Shown: positions 17,968 to 27,067 of the stretch, in pieces
Numbering within the stretch: position 1 is the first letter of the stretch
How the letters are laid out: each line of letters opens with the position of its first letter
Source: Parcubacteria group bacterium
GTDB lineage: Bacteria; Patescibacteriota; Minisyncoccia; Phycocordibacterales; UBA2135
Direction of reading: 5' to 3'
Length of the DNA: 64,000 nucleotides
NCBI GenBank assembly: GCA_016204045.1
Contig: JACQLQ010000004.1
Location: forward strand, 24,981 to 88,980
Position numbers and translations under genes: made by a program
Notes under the pieces: generated by a model
What the model saw: only the letters and a program-made list of their open reading frames with translations
Databases searched by the model: none
What the model was told of the DNA's origin: nothing

Positions 17968-19316
17968 GACCTGAGCATTACAAGTGCGGTATTAAGTCGT
18001 TTGAGCGTTTCGTCTTTTCCAAATACATGCGCGAGCACAAATGGGTCTGGTGATTTGGCGAGCCCAGAGAGAGCATAGCGCATGGGCCACAAAACAGAAC
18101 CTCTACCCTTTTCTGTTGCATAATCCCACACATTCCCCTTCACATACTCTGCATTCCAGCTTGCTGGCGGTATTTCTGTAAGGATGTTGACAATATCTTT
18201 TAGATATTGTGTTGTGTTTTCTTGTGTCTCTCCTTTCCAAAACAAAACTTCTTTATTTGGGTATTCTGGAGCCTCAAAGAAATACCGGAGCTCTCCCCCG
18301 CTTACAAGTGTTTCGATGTCCCCAAACTTGAAGATGCGCTCCCGTAACACTGGCGCCATTTTTTGCAGACGATCATCGCTATATTGAGGAAGTGAGGTAA
18401 TTTCTTTTGGGAAAAACGCTTGTGCATAATCCCAAAATGCCACGTCAGAAAGTTTTCGTATGTGCTCGGCGTTTATCCAATCGAGTTTCTGAACATCAAA
18501 AACAGCTCCACTTTTATGAATTCGTTCGAGCGAAAATTGCTCTACGAGTTGTTCGAGAGTAAACACTTCTTGCCCTTCCTTCTCTGGAGACCAGCCGAGG
18601 AGTGCTAGAAAGTTGAGGAGCGCTTCTGGTAAATACCCAAGTTTCCCGTATTCACTAACGGGCATAGCACCATGACGTTTAGAGAGCTTACTTCGATCGG
18701 GCGCAAGGACGAGAGGTATGTGAACATAGATAGGTCGCGGGGCGCCGAGTGCTTCTTGGATCAAGATTTGTCGCGGAGTATTTGAGATGTGGTCCTCTCC
18801 GCGTATCACGTGCGTTACACCTGACTCAAAGTCATCGATGACCACGGCGAGATGGTAAAGCGGTTCTGTGCTACTCCGAGCAATGACAAAGTCGCCAAGC
18901 TCTGTGGTATCAAATGATATCTCGCCACGAACAAGGTCGGTGAACGTTACCTGTGTGCCCGGATTTCGAAATCGAATGACTTTCCCGCTCCCCTTTTCTT
19001 TTTCTTCTTCTGACTCATACGCCGCTCCGCTTACCAATAGCTTCTCCACGTGCTTTTTATATATATCCCCACGCTCACTCTGCCGGTACATCTCATCATG
19101 CGAAAGATTGAGCCACTTGAGACCGTCCAAAATATCCTCTTCAAACGCTTTGGTCGAACGCTCCCGATCAGTATCTTCAATGCGCAAAATCATCTTCCCA
19201 CCATACTTCCGCGCAGCAAGATAATTAAAGAGGGCCGTCCGGGCACTGCCGACATGTAAAGAGCCCGTCGGTGACGGAGCAAATCGGGTAATCATTTTTG
19301 GAGCATCTGATGCCAT
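17964..19316 (-). CDS. gltX: Glutamate--tRNA ligase
   Basis: 450 aa. HIGH-type motif (PSPTGSLHVGSAR), KMSKS-type motif (KLSKRHG). 4-bp overlap with the downstream M23 gene. Confidence 0.92.
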   Translation of the reverse strand: MASDAPKMITRFAPSPTGSLHVGSARTALFNYLAARKYGGKMILRIEDTDRERSTKAFEEDILDGLKWLNLSHDEMYRQSERGDIYKKHVEKLLVSGAAYESEEEKEKGSGKVIRFRNPGTQVTFTDLVRGEISFDTTELGDFVIARSSTEPLYHLAVVIDDFESGVTHVIRGEDHISNTPRQILIQEALGAPRPIYVHIPLVLAPDRSKLSKRHGAMPVSEYGKLGYLPEALLNFLALLGWSPEKEGQEVFTLEQLVEQFSLERIHKSGAVFDVQKLDWINAEHIRKLSDVAFWDYAQAFFPKEITSLPQYSDDRLQKMAPVLRERIFKFGDIETLVSGGELRYFFEAPEYPNKEVLFWKGETQENTTQYLKDIVNILTEIPPASWNAEYVKGNVWDYATEKGRGSVLWPMRYALSGLAKSPDPFVLAHVFGKDETLKRLNTALVMLRS

Positions 19317-19330
19317 GCTTTACACTACCA

Positions 19331-20455
19331 TTACTCATGCGAAAGGGCGATCCGGATCGCTTCGCGCGCTATCTTCTCCTCTGCCCCCGCCAGGAAAAAG
19401 GCCTTTGCCGCATCCCCCATCCTCTTCCGTTCGACTTCGTTTTGCATGAGTCGCTTAATCTCTGATACGAGGACGTGCGGCGTAAGGTTTTTCTCCTCAA
19501 TAACAACGCAAGCGCCAGAACGTGCATAGTTAAAGGCATTCCGTCGTTGGTGGTCGCCGTTTGACTCCGTTATGGGAATAATGATGCTGGGCAATCCCCA
19601 GGCTGCAATCTCAAAGAGACCTGAACCCGCTCGCGAAATGACGAGGGATGCCGCCCCAGCACTCATGCGAAGCGCCAGAGTATTTAAATACCCAAATGGT
19701 TTGTACCGCACTCGAAGTGTGTCGTCTTTTACAATTACATTTGCAAGATTTTTAACTTCCTCAAAATTGGCATCTCCCACTTGGTGAATGATCTGATACT
19801 CTGCCAAAATTTCAGGGAGTGTATCTAGAATGGTTTTATTGATGATTTGCGCCCCCTGTGAGCCCCCCCAAATGAGAACAACCGGTCTCCCCTCTTCCAA
19901 ATGCAAATACTCGTGAGCTCCCTCTTTTGCTGGGGTTTGAATTGCACGGCGCACGGGTTGGCCTGTGAGAGCAACATTATCTCCCTTGAAGTACTGGGCC
20001 GCCTCTGGCCAGGAAATAGCAATGCGATCTGCAAATGTGCCTGTCCAAAGATTGGTTCTGCCCGGCACAGAATCCGACTCATGGACAATGACGGGGATGC
20101 GCAAAATGCGTGCGGCCAAGACCGGGGGAAAGCTTACATACCCACCCTTTGAAATAACAACATCTGGGTAGATAAGGAACATCTTCCAAATCGCAACAAG
20201 AATACCCAATGCTGTTTTAAAAAGGTCAGTGATATTCAAAAGCGAAAAATAAGTCCTCAATTTACCTGCGGAGATACGCTTAAATGCAATACTGTTATCA
20301 AACAAGAGCGCCTCGTCAAAGGGGTTGTTTGACATGTAATACAGCCGGGGTGGGACCAGCTTCTCTTCTTTTGCAATAGTGTTGAGCGATTCTGCGACCG
20401 CAATAAGCGGATAAAAATGCCCTGCGGTGCCACCACCTGTAAAAACGATCTTCAT
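19331..20455 (-). CDS. murG: Undecaprenyldiphospho-muramoylpentapeptide beta-N-acetylglucosaminyltransferase MurG
   Basis: 374 aa. N-terminal GGGTAGH motif. GT28 C-domain (GGSQGAQ). Confidence 0.9.
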   Translation of the reverse strand: MKIVFTGGGTAGHFYPLIAVAESLNTIAKEEKLVPPRLYYMSNNPFDEALLFDNSIAFKRISAGKLRTYFSLLNITDLFKTALGILVAIWKMFLIYPDVVISKGGYVSFPPVLAARILRIPVIVHESDSVPGRTNLWTGTFADRIAISWPEAAQYFKGDNVALTGQPVRRAIQTPAKEGAHEYLHLEEGRPVVLIWGGSQGAQIINKTILDTLPEILAEYQIIHQVGDANFEEVKNLANVIVKDDTLRVRYKPFGYLNTLALRMSAGAASLVISRAGSGLFEIAAWGLPSIIIPITESNGDHQRRNAFNYARSGACVVIEEKNLTPHVLVSEIKRLMQNEVERKRMGDAAKAFFLAGAEEKIAREAIRIALSHE

Positions 20456-20466
20456 GTGTGTATGTA

Positions 20467-21558
20467 TTATGTCTTACTGTACCGTGAGATATTGAGGACG
20501 ATACCCACACCGGCAAGCACGACAATCAATGCCGACCCCCCATGAGAAACAAACGGGAGTGGCAAGCCAGAGAGTGGCAGTATTGCGAGCATTGCGCCGA
20601 TATTTGCAAAGGCCTGCCACCCTATGAGTATAACAATTCCGACAACCGTTAGTCGAGAAAAATAATCGGGGGCGTGTTTTGCAATAGAAAGGCCCCGAAA
20701 TACAAAGAGCATAAACAACGCTACCAAAACAACTCCCCCGATAAAACCAAACTCTTCGGCAAAGACGGCAAAAATGGAGTCTGCGATCGGCTCCGGCAAG
20801 AAACCAAACTTCTGGACGCTCTCGCCAAAACCCCGTCCCAATACACCACCGGAGCCGATGGCTATGAGCGATTGCTGAATTTGATACCCAATACCGAGAG
20901 GGTCGTGCGCTGGATTAAAAAAAGTGATAAGCCGCTCTTTAACGTACGGCTTAAAATACGCGAGAGCGAGGAGGCCACCTAGCGCCACCCCCCCGAGCGC
21001 AAAGATGTCTCGCCAACGGGCCCCACTGGCGACAAGGAGGGCGATCCCAGAACCAAAGATTAGTCCAAAAGTTCCCGTATCCGGCTGGAGGAGCAACAGC
21101 ACTCCCACGAGAGAAATAAGAACTAAAAAGGGTAGGATACTAAACGTAAAGGAATATACCCTTTCGCGCATAGCCGCAAGCCACGTCGCGAAATACAAAA
21201 TGAATCCAAGCTTTAGGATTTCTGATGGCTGGAACGAAAAAGGTCCGAGGGAGAGCCATCGAGAAGCACCGCCGTGTGAAAAACCGATTTCAGGAACAAA
21301 GACGAGCGCTGTCGTAATGAGTGACAGGATGAAAAACGGGAGCGCGTACCGTTTTATAAAACGGTAGTGAATCCTCGAAAACACAAACATCAAAAAGAGG
21401 CCGATACAAACCCCAACCGCCTGATTTGTGACCACGCTCTTGAACAGGGCGCCATCTCGAGCGAGAAGACTCAAGGCCGCAGAGAAAAATATAAAAAAGC
21501 CCCCAAAGAGAAGCGTGAGAACAATCCCTAGAAACCATTTATCAACGGGTTTGCGCAT
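20467..21558 (-). CDS. ftsW: SEDS family peptidoglycan polymerase FtsW/RodA
   Basis: 363 aa, 10 TM helices. C-terminal motif LPLSGLPLPFVSHGGSALIV. Confidence 0.88.
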   Translation of the reverse strand: MRKPVDKWFLGIVLTLLFGGFFIFFSAALSLLARDGALFKSVVTNQAVGVCIGLFLMFVFSRIHYRFIKRYALPFFILSLITTALVFVPEIGFSHGGASRWLSLGPFSFQPSEILKLGFILYFATWLAAMRERVYSFTFSILPFLVLISLVGVLLLLQPDTGTFGLIFGSGIALLVASGARWRDIFALGGVALGGLLALAYFKPYVKERLITFFNPAHDPLGIGYQIQQSLIAIGSGGVLGRGFGESVQKFGFLPEPIADSIFAVFAEEFGFIGGVVLVALFMLFVFRGLSIAKHAPDYFSRLTVVGIVILIGWQAFANIGAMLAILPLSGLPLPFVSHGGSALIVVLAGVGIVLNISRYSKT

Positions 21559-21583
21559 AGAACCAACAACTCACAACCTGCAA

Positions 21584-22645
21584 CTAACCAACGAGTGCGA
21601 GTATCACACCCAAAAGGGCGAAGATCGCTCCCAAGACCCAAAAACGCATTACCACCTTATACGGGGGCCATCCAAGCGCTTCAAAATGATGATGGATGGG
21701 GGCCACGCGAAAGATTTTCTTGCCGAAATATTTTTTCGAAATGAGCTGGAGAATATTTGAGCCGGAGGCGAGAAAGAGCGGAAACGCAATGAGAAAGAGC
21801 GGCAACACTGCATCTGTTAAAAACGCGATGACGGTGAGCGTGGTCGTCAGTCCGAGCATTCCCGTTTCTGACATATAGAAGCGCGCTGGCGGAATATTGA
21901 ACCAGAGAAATGCGAGGAGGCCTCCCGCAACAACAGTTGAGAACGCAGCAATATCGATTTGGTTTTGGAAAAAGGCGATCCCTGCAAAAGCTGCAAACAT
22001 GATTGCAAGCACTCCCCCAGCAAGGCCATCAATGCCGTCAATGATGCTCCCCGAGAAAAGTGCGAGCATTACTATCATAAAGAGCGGTATGAAAAGAAGT
22101 CCTAAATACACCTCGCCCAGAAAAGGCACCGCGAGACTTGCAACTCCGAGTTTTGCGAAAAACCACCAACCGCCCAAGGCACCGAGAGTCAGGACAACGG
22201 CAATACGTGTGCGAAGTGGCAATCCCCCACCCATGTGCTTCCCCTTACCTGTCACGACGAGAATGTCATCAACTAAACCAACGAGTGAAGCCGCAATCAA
22301 AGTAAAAAAGGGCAGCCATGTCTGATTACGAGAAAGGAAGTTTAACTTCTCCGCCTCTTCACTAGGAAACACTTCTTTGAGAGACCAGAAGAGAAGTGTG
22401 GTTATAGCGACAGATGCCCAAATCACGATACCCCCCATGCGTGGCACTTTTGTTTCCTGTTGCTGACTCGGGAGTGTGGGTATAATGCGCGCATCTTCCC
22501 CGCTTATAGTCTTGGTCTTTTGATCTTTCCGCCACAGCTTATATTTGTAGAGATAATGTGTAAGGAGTGGTGTTGCGGCAATACCTATAAAAAAAGCCAC
22601 CGCTCCGGGGACCATGACTTTGACAACGTCGAGAGCCTCTATCAT
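21584..22645 (-). CDS. mraY: Phospho-N-acetylmuramoyl-pentapeptide transferase MraY
   Basis: 353 aa. MraY motifs (DDILVVTGKGKHMGGGL, NAxNxxDGxDGL-like SIIDGIDGLAGG, HHHFE). Confidence 0.92.
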   Translation of the reverse strand: MIEALDVVKVMVPGAVAFFIGIAATPLLTHYLYKYKLWRKDQKTKTISGEDARIIPTLPSQQQETKVPRMGGIVIWASVAITTLLFWSLKEVFPSEEAEKLNFLSRNQTWLPFFTLIAASLVGLVDDILVVTGKGKHMGGGLPLRTRIAVVLTLGALGGWWFFAKLGVASLAVPFLGEVYLGLLFIPLFMIVMLALFSGSIIDGIDGLAGGVLAIMFAAFAGIAFFQNQIDIAAFSTVVAGGLLAFLWFNIPPARFYMSETGMLGLTTTLTVIAFLTDAVLPLFLIAFPLFLASGSNILQLISKKYFGKKIFRVAPIHHHFEALGWPPYKVVMRFWVLGAIFALLGVILALVG

Positions 22646-22671
22646 TCACAAACTATAGCATTGACCGTATA

Positions 22672-22727
22672 AACAAAAAAGAGCCCCCGCAGCCTCCGTG
22701 TCGAAGCTTTCGCTCGACACGGAGGCT
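22672..22727 (-). terminator. Intrinsic terminator of the GC-rich 558-aa gene (minus strand)
   Basis: Perfect 14-bp stem AGCCTCCGTGTCGA/TCGACACGGAGGCT, loop AGCTTTCGC. On the minus strand it is followed by GCGGGGGCTCTTTTTTGTTTAT. It sits between the 558-aa gene stop and the mraY start. Confidence 0.7.
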
Positions 22728-22795
22728 TTGGGAAGCCCTGCGCACCAGGTTAAGGTGCCAATCTACGCGGTTACTAAAGTGCTACTAGGGTGCGG

Positions 22796-24472
22796 TTAGG
22801 CGCTGGCGGAGCGAGTCTGCTCGCCGACGTCGTCACCTTCGGTCTCGGTCGCCGCGGCCGCCGCCTGCTGCTGCTTCTCGGTCGCTCCGAGGTTGCAGCG
22901 GAGGAAGAAGCGCGCGGGGTTGTTCACCCCCGAGTACCGCTTGCCGGTCTTGTCGTCCGGATCAAGCTCGTAGAAGGACGACCCGGCGGGGATCTCCGCG
23001 AGGAGCACGGCGTGACACGCTGCCACACCGTGGATGATGATGCGAGGCTTGTTGTCCTCGCCCACCACACGTTCCACCGCCATCGGGACCGTACCCAGCT
23101 TGGCGACCGTGGTCTTCGTCCGCGTACCGTCGCGAACGATCTCACCGTCCTTGTAGACGGGAAGCGTCGGCTCGAACTCCGAGACGACGAGGACCGCGAC
23201 GCCAGTGGCACCACCGTGGAAGTCGGCTGCGGAGATGAGCTTCTTGCCCTTCCCTGCGGCCTTCTTCGCGATGGTGGTCACCTCGGTCAGGGCATGCTCG
23301 GCGGCTTCCCGCTCCGCATTGGCGCGCTCGATCAGGACGCGCTCGTGCTTGAAGGCCCGAGACGCGATCATGAACGCGGCGAACGCCGTGCCCTTGTACG
23401 TGGTGCTCGCCTGCTTCGGCGTCAAGCCGAGGTCGGCGATCGCGACGGTGATGCCCGCTTCCGCGATCTGCGTGATCTTGTTGCGGAAGTAGGAGTTGCC
23501 GTGGCCGGCGACGAAGGTGACCTTGCCGTCGGCTGCGGTGACACGCACCTTGCCGCCGTCGTATTGATCGTCACCAGGGTCGGTGACGACGAGGTCACCT
23601 TCCCCACCCTTGTCCGCGACGCCGATGGCGTTGAGGTTCGGGGTGAGACCCTCGTTCAGGGCATCCAGGCTATCGCGCCAACGCTGGCTCGCTTCGCGAG
23701 CAAGCGCCGAGGCGAGATCGCCCAAGACCTCGAACGGGTTCTTGTACGCCGGCACCGCGACACCCTTGACGACGAGGTCCTTGGGCCACGTCGTCCGCAT
23801 GTCGGCTGCCGTCGCCTTGAACTCCGGCGACATCTCGATCCAGCGGTCGCGCCCGACCTTGACGACACCAACCTTGCGGGTGTTGCCGTCGGTGACCGGA
23901 CGCGCGACGCCGAGCGCAATGGCACGATCGGCGACGTGGCCGAGGTCGAACCAGTTGCTGGGGCACAGGAGGGCGATCGCCGTCACGTACGCGAACTTCG
24001 CGTGCCGCGAGATGACCGGCGCCTCATCGGGAGTGAACTGCCCGAAGGAGGCGTTGAAGCGCCGCTGGAGCGCCGAGTCGGCGTCGAGCTTGTCGCGACG
24101 AGCGCGCAGCATGTCCTTCTCCGTCGCCGTGCCACGAGTCGCGAGCTGGCTCGCGATCGCGAGACGGTCCGAACGCTGGCTCCAGACGATCTGGGCAACG
24201 CTGCCCGGAAGGGCATAGAGGACGGAGTTGAACGTGCTGCTCCGCTCGTCCATCTGCTGACGGCGCGCTTCCTCCGCACCGGTGTCCGGTGCGTCGGTAT
24301 GCGTGCCGCCGAGGTCGGCGTCGAGATCGAACACGAGCTTGTCGGTCGCCGCGGGGGCGCCGGCCTTCTTGGTCTGCTTCACGGACTGCTCCTTGGTGGG
24401 GTTGGTCTTGGCATGCTCCAACGCCTCCGCAAAGGAGGTCGTCGATTGACGGCGAGGAGTGCTCTTACCCAT
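22796..24472 (-). CDS. Hypothetical 558-aa protein, GC-rich (about 68% GC, extreme GC3); no recognisable domain
   Basis: The minus-strand ORF has diverse composition. The overlapping 601-aa plus-strand ORF is R/L/G/V-rich with no stop (antisense shadow typical of high GC3). Plausible RBS GAAGGAAACCCAAG upstream of the ATG. K/T/A-rich N-terminus, segments GHGNSYF and IIIHGVAACHAV. Confidence 0.65.
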   Translation of the reverse strand: MGKSTPRRQSTTSFAEALEHAKTNPTKEQSVKQTKKAGAPAATDKLVFDLDADLGGTHTDAPDTGAEEARRQQMDERSSTFNSVLYALPGSVAQIVWSQRSDRLAIASQLATRGTATEKDMLRARRDKLDADSALQRRFNASFGQFTPDEAPVISRHAKFAYVTAIALLCPSNWFDLGHVADRAIALGVARPVTDGNTRKVGVVKVGRDRWIEMSPEFKATAADMRTTWPKDLVVKGVAVPAYKNPFEVLGDLASALAREASQRWRDSLDALNEGLTPNLNAIGVADKGGEGDLVVTDPGDDQYDGGKVRVTAADGKVTFVAGHGNSYFRNKITQIAEAGITVAIADLGLTPKQASTTYKGTAFAAFMIASRAFKHERVLIERANAEREAAEHALTEVTTIAKKAAGKGKKLISAADFHGGATGVAVLVVSEFEPTLPVYKDGEIVRDGTRTKTTVAKLGTVPMAVERVVGEDNKPRIIIHGVAACHAVLLAEIPAGSSFYELDPDDKTGKRYSGVNNPARFFLRCNLGATEKQQQAAAAATETEGDDVGEQTRSASA

Positions 24473-24600
24473 CTTGGGTTTCCTTCTTCAGTGCTCCTTC
24501 GGAACATCCCACAATGGGATGTCTCGTGGAGCGATAAACATACTCAAGGTTACACGAGACCCTGCCTTCTTAGGGGCAAGGTATCTGTAGTATAGTATAG

Positions 24601-24642
24601 CAAATTAAAAGAGCCCTGTCAAGTGCTACCTTGACAGGGCTC
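24601..24642 (-). terminator. Intrinsic terminator of the beta-CASP gene (minus strand)
   Basis: Perfect 13-bp stem GAGCCCTGTCAAG/CTTGACAGGGCTC, loop TGCTAC. On the minus strand it is followed by TTTTAATTTG. Confidence 0.7.
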
Positions 24643-24749
24643 GGGGGGTGCCGATATGGCCTTATTTCGTCAAGCGAGGACGGCAAGTGGAGACGCTTTA
24701 GGCGGCTCCACTTGCTCCGAGCGAAGACGAAATATAAGACGAAGTGCTT

Positions 24750-26210
24750 TTACACCCCAAGGATAAATAAAGAACCGTTTCGATCCCGCGTGGGTGGGAA
24801 ATGTATTTTTGTCTTCCCATCCGCCGCAAATGACGAGGCATCGGCACCCGAAATATAGCGTTGCACACCACGCTTGTCACCATGGACAAAGACCAAATGT
24901 TGCGGGTTCATGCCCCGCGCAAACTGCTCCAGTTGGTCCGTCTCAGCGTGACCAGACATGCGTTCATCGATAACAGTGGCGTTGATCGGATACCACTGCT
25001 TCCGACGGCTTTTTCTGCCATCGGGTAGCTGGATCGCCTTACTCTCGAGGAATCTGTCCGCCATGGCTTCGCGGAGCAAACCTGCTGGTGTGTCCTCACA
25101 GGCGTAGCCTGACAAGAAAACACCATGTCCCCTTATGGGCAAGAGTAGCTTCATCCACTCAACCGCGGCCCCTTGCCCCATGCCGCCAGTTGCGATGACA
25201 ACACCCGACCAACCGGACTTGAGCAGCTTTTCGCGGTCCGCTTGACCTTGTACACCTTGCACGGTGTGCAGATGCGCGCTGGGGAGGAACCCCCTCGTCA
25301 TCTCGGCGACCTTGATGCCGACTCCGTCCAGGAGGATCTTCTCGGGTGGCATTCCGTTTCTCACCAAATCTTCCACAAACCACTGAACGCGATCGCGGAA
25401 TGAAAGGATGAGCGCTATGCCACCATGGTCGACGATGTTTTCTACTCCGGAGAAAAACTCCTCTTTTGCCTCCTCGCGGCTTTTCCGCGATTTGGCATTA
25501 AGATTTGTCGCCTCAGAGATGAGCATCGTTGTCCGACGCATCTGCAAGAAGAGTGCTGGAGACAAGTGCGGGTTCGGGGTAAATGAAATGTCCCCGGTGT
25601 GGAAGATCGTCTCACCCCAGGCTTCGATGCCCGGCGAAACAGATCCCAATGTGTGCCCGGCGTCTGCCGGCAGCAACTTGATGCCTTCCGCGAGTTGGAT
25701 TTCCCGACGCGGCTTAATGAAATTGATACCGCTTTTGATGCGGGCGATGTGCGCACGGGTGAAGCGTGGCGTATGGTCTGCCCACCCCCTCCCCTGCATA
25801 TCTCGCGCATCTTCTTCCCATAGCATCGCCGCAAATGCGGCTGTTTCTCGTGTCATCAAGATGCGAATGGGCAATCCCGGAAATTCCTGCTCCACTCCGA
25901 GCACAATGAGGATCAGTGCACCGCTGTGGTCAAAGTGTTCGTGTGTGAGCACAATGACAAGTTCAGTCACACCTGAACGCAAGAGCTCATAGAGCCCCTG
26001 CATGTCGGGCAAACTCTTGTCATAGTGCTCGGGGTCACGCGACGTTCGAGGGTCGCGCCCCGCATCAATCATGACGGCTATCTTTTGCCGTCCACTTTGG
26101 AGCAAAATCACGTGGCAGCTTGCGCCAATTTTCTGCGCGCCACCAAGGAAAGCAACACTAATACTTCGAGACATCCGTAATGCCTTTCGTCGCTTCGTGT
26201 GAAAGACCAA
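24750..26210 (-). CDS. Metallo-beta-lactamase fold hydrolase of the beta-CASP (RNase J/CPSF-like) family
   Basis: 486 aa. MBL motif 2 VLTHEHFDHSGA, downstream His/Asp motifs, and beta-CASP-like motifs B/C (ERMSGHAETDQ..., HLVFVHGD). Confidence 0.65.
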   Translation of the reverse strand: MVFHTKRRKALRMSRSISVAFLGGAQKIGASCHVILLQSGRQKIAVMIDAGRDPRTSRDPEHYDKSLPDMQGLYELLRSGVTELVIVLTHEHFDHSGALILIVLGVEQEFPGLPIRILMTRETAAFAAMLWEEDARDMQGRGWADHTPRFTRAHIARIKSGINFIKPRREIQLAEGIKLLPADAGHTLGSVSPGIEAWGETIFHTGDISFTPNPHLSPALFLQMRRTTMLISEATNLNAKSRKSREEAKEEFFSGVENIVDHGGIALILSFRDRVQWFVEDLVRNGMPPEKILLDGVGIKVAEMTRGFLPSAHLHTVQGVQGQADREKLLKSGWSGVVIATGGMGQGAAVEWMKLLLPIRGHGVFLSGYACEDTPAGLLREAMADRFLESKAIQLPDGRKSRRKQWYPINATVIDERMSGHAETDQLEQFARGMNPQHLVFVHGDKRGVQRYISGADASSFAADGKTKIHFPPTRDRNGSLFILGV

Positions 26211-26281
26211 GAGTCTTACTCAAGTATACTACTATAAAATAAAGAAAAAGTCAAATCGACTACGTTTTGGGCTGTATATGC

Positions 26282-26319
26282 AAAAACCCTCCGCTGCGCG
26301 TGGAACGCACAGCAGAGGG
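26282..26319 (-). terminator. Intrinsic terminator of the 202-aa gene (minus strand)
   Basis: 14-bp stem (CCCTCCGCTGCGCG/CGCACAGCAGAGGG, two positions G-U in the minus-strand RNA), loop TGGAA. On the minus strand it is followed by TTTTTGCATATAC. Confidence 0.6.
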
Positions 26320-26334
26320 TGTGGCACAAAGTGC

Positions 26335-26943
26335 CTAGACAGAAGTTGGGGCCTGACAGGCCGTGAGGAAAGGGCCATCCGTAAGGACGATCGTGTGACG
26401 CGGCGGCTTCTTCTTTGCCGCATCGCTGTAGCCGCGCGTGTCGATGAGCTCGACGGTGTCAGCGCGCGGCGGCGGGTTGTCATACACGTGGCAGAACTGC
26501 CAGGTGCTTGCCGCCCGCTCAGCGAAGCTTCGCTTTGCGAGCTCAATGTTGGCGAGCATCTCCGCATGCTCCTTCGGTGTCGCCTGAGCCAACCTGTGGT
26601 CGAGCGCGGCTTGCCGCTCGAATGCGAAGTTGGCGACGTACTGCGTGCCCGACGCACGGTCGAGCGACAGACCATGGACACCTGCCAGCACGAAGTCGAG
26701 GGACGCCAGTTGGCCGAGGATCTCCGGCGACACGGCGACAGACGGCAGGTTGTCGATGACCTTCACCCCCGGACGAACACCCTGCTGCGCTTGGCGCGCT
26801 TGCATGGCACCGTTCAGAGGACGCTCGACCAACGGCGCCCCAACGGGTATGACCGACGCGTTCGGGCTGTTGAACTTGAACAGGATGACCCGCGAAACGG
26901 ACCCCCCACTAAGCTCGACTCCACCAATGGTCTTTGTGGCCAT
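26335..26943 (-). CDS. Hypothetical 202-aa protein, GC-rich; start trimmed to ATG with strong SD
   Basis: The ORF-track start (alternative start codon) adds MFYGRRNP. The internal ATG (MATKTIGG...) is preceded by GGAAGGAGAAACCCG (AAGGAG SD, 9-nt spacing). A full-length antisense plus-strand ORF indicates high GC3. Confidence 0.55.
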   Translation of the reverse strand: MATKTIGGVELSGGSVSRVILFKFNSPNASVIPVGAPLVERPLNGAMQARQAQQGVRPGVKVIDNLPSVAVSPEILGQLASLDFVLAGVHGLSLDRASGTQYVANFAFERQAALDHRLAQATPKEHAEMLANIELAKRSFAERAASTWQFCHVYDNPPPRADTVELIDTRGYSDAAKKKPPRHTIVLTDGPFLTACQAPTSV

Positions 26944-26984
26944 CGGGTTTCTCCTTCCGTAAAACAAGGTTCAGATACAAGTGA

Positions 26985-27012
26985 ATTTTATCATATTATA
27001 GACAAAAGTCAA
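26985..27012 (-). promoter_or_regulatory. Promoter-like site for the 202-aa gene: TTGACT-16 nt-TAAAAT (minus strand)
   Basis: Minus-strand sequence TTGACTTTTGTCTATAATATGATAAAAT lies about 40 nt upstream of the SD/ATG. It is near-identical over about 28 nt to the promoter of the native 194-aa gene at 36984..37011. Confidence 0.45.
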
Positions 27013-27041
27013 GCCCCCGGTCGCACGAAGCGGCCGGGGGC
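27013..27041 (-). terminator. Terminator-like hairpin after the NYN gene (minus strand)
   Basis: 12-bp stem GCCCCCGGTCGC/GCGGCCGGGGGC (one mismatch), loop ACGAA. On the minus strand it is followed by TTGACTTTTGTC (a moderately T-rich run that is also the -35 of the next promoter). Confidence 0.45.
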
Positions 27042-27067
27042 ATAATTATGAAAATATAATCAGTTTT

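Noticed and set aside
22790-24595. 601-aa plus-strand ORF overlapping the 558-aa minus-strand gene
   Set aside because: R/L/G/V/D-rich low-complexity translation with no stop, the typical antisense shadow of a very high-GC3 gene. The minus-strand product has normal composition and an RBS. The 255-aa (26278..27045) and 302-aa (27185..28093) plus-strand ORFs over the other island genes are rejected for the same reason.
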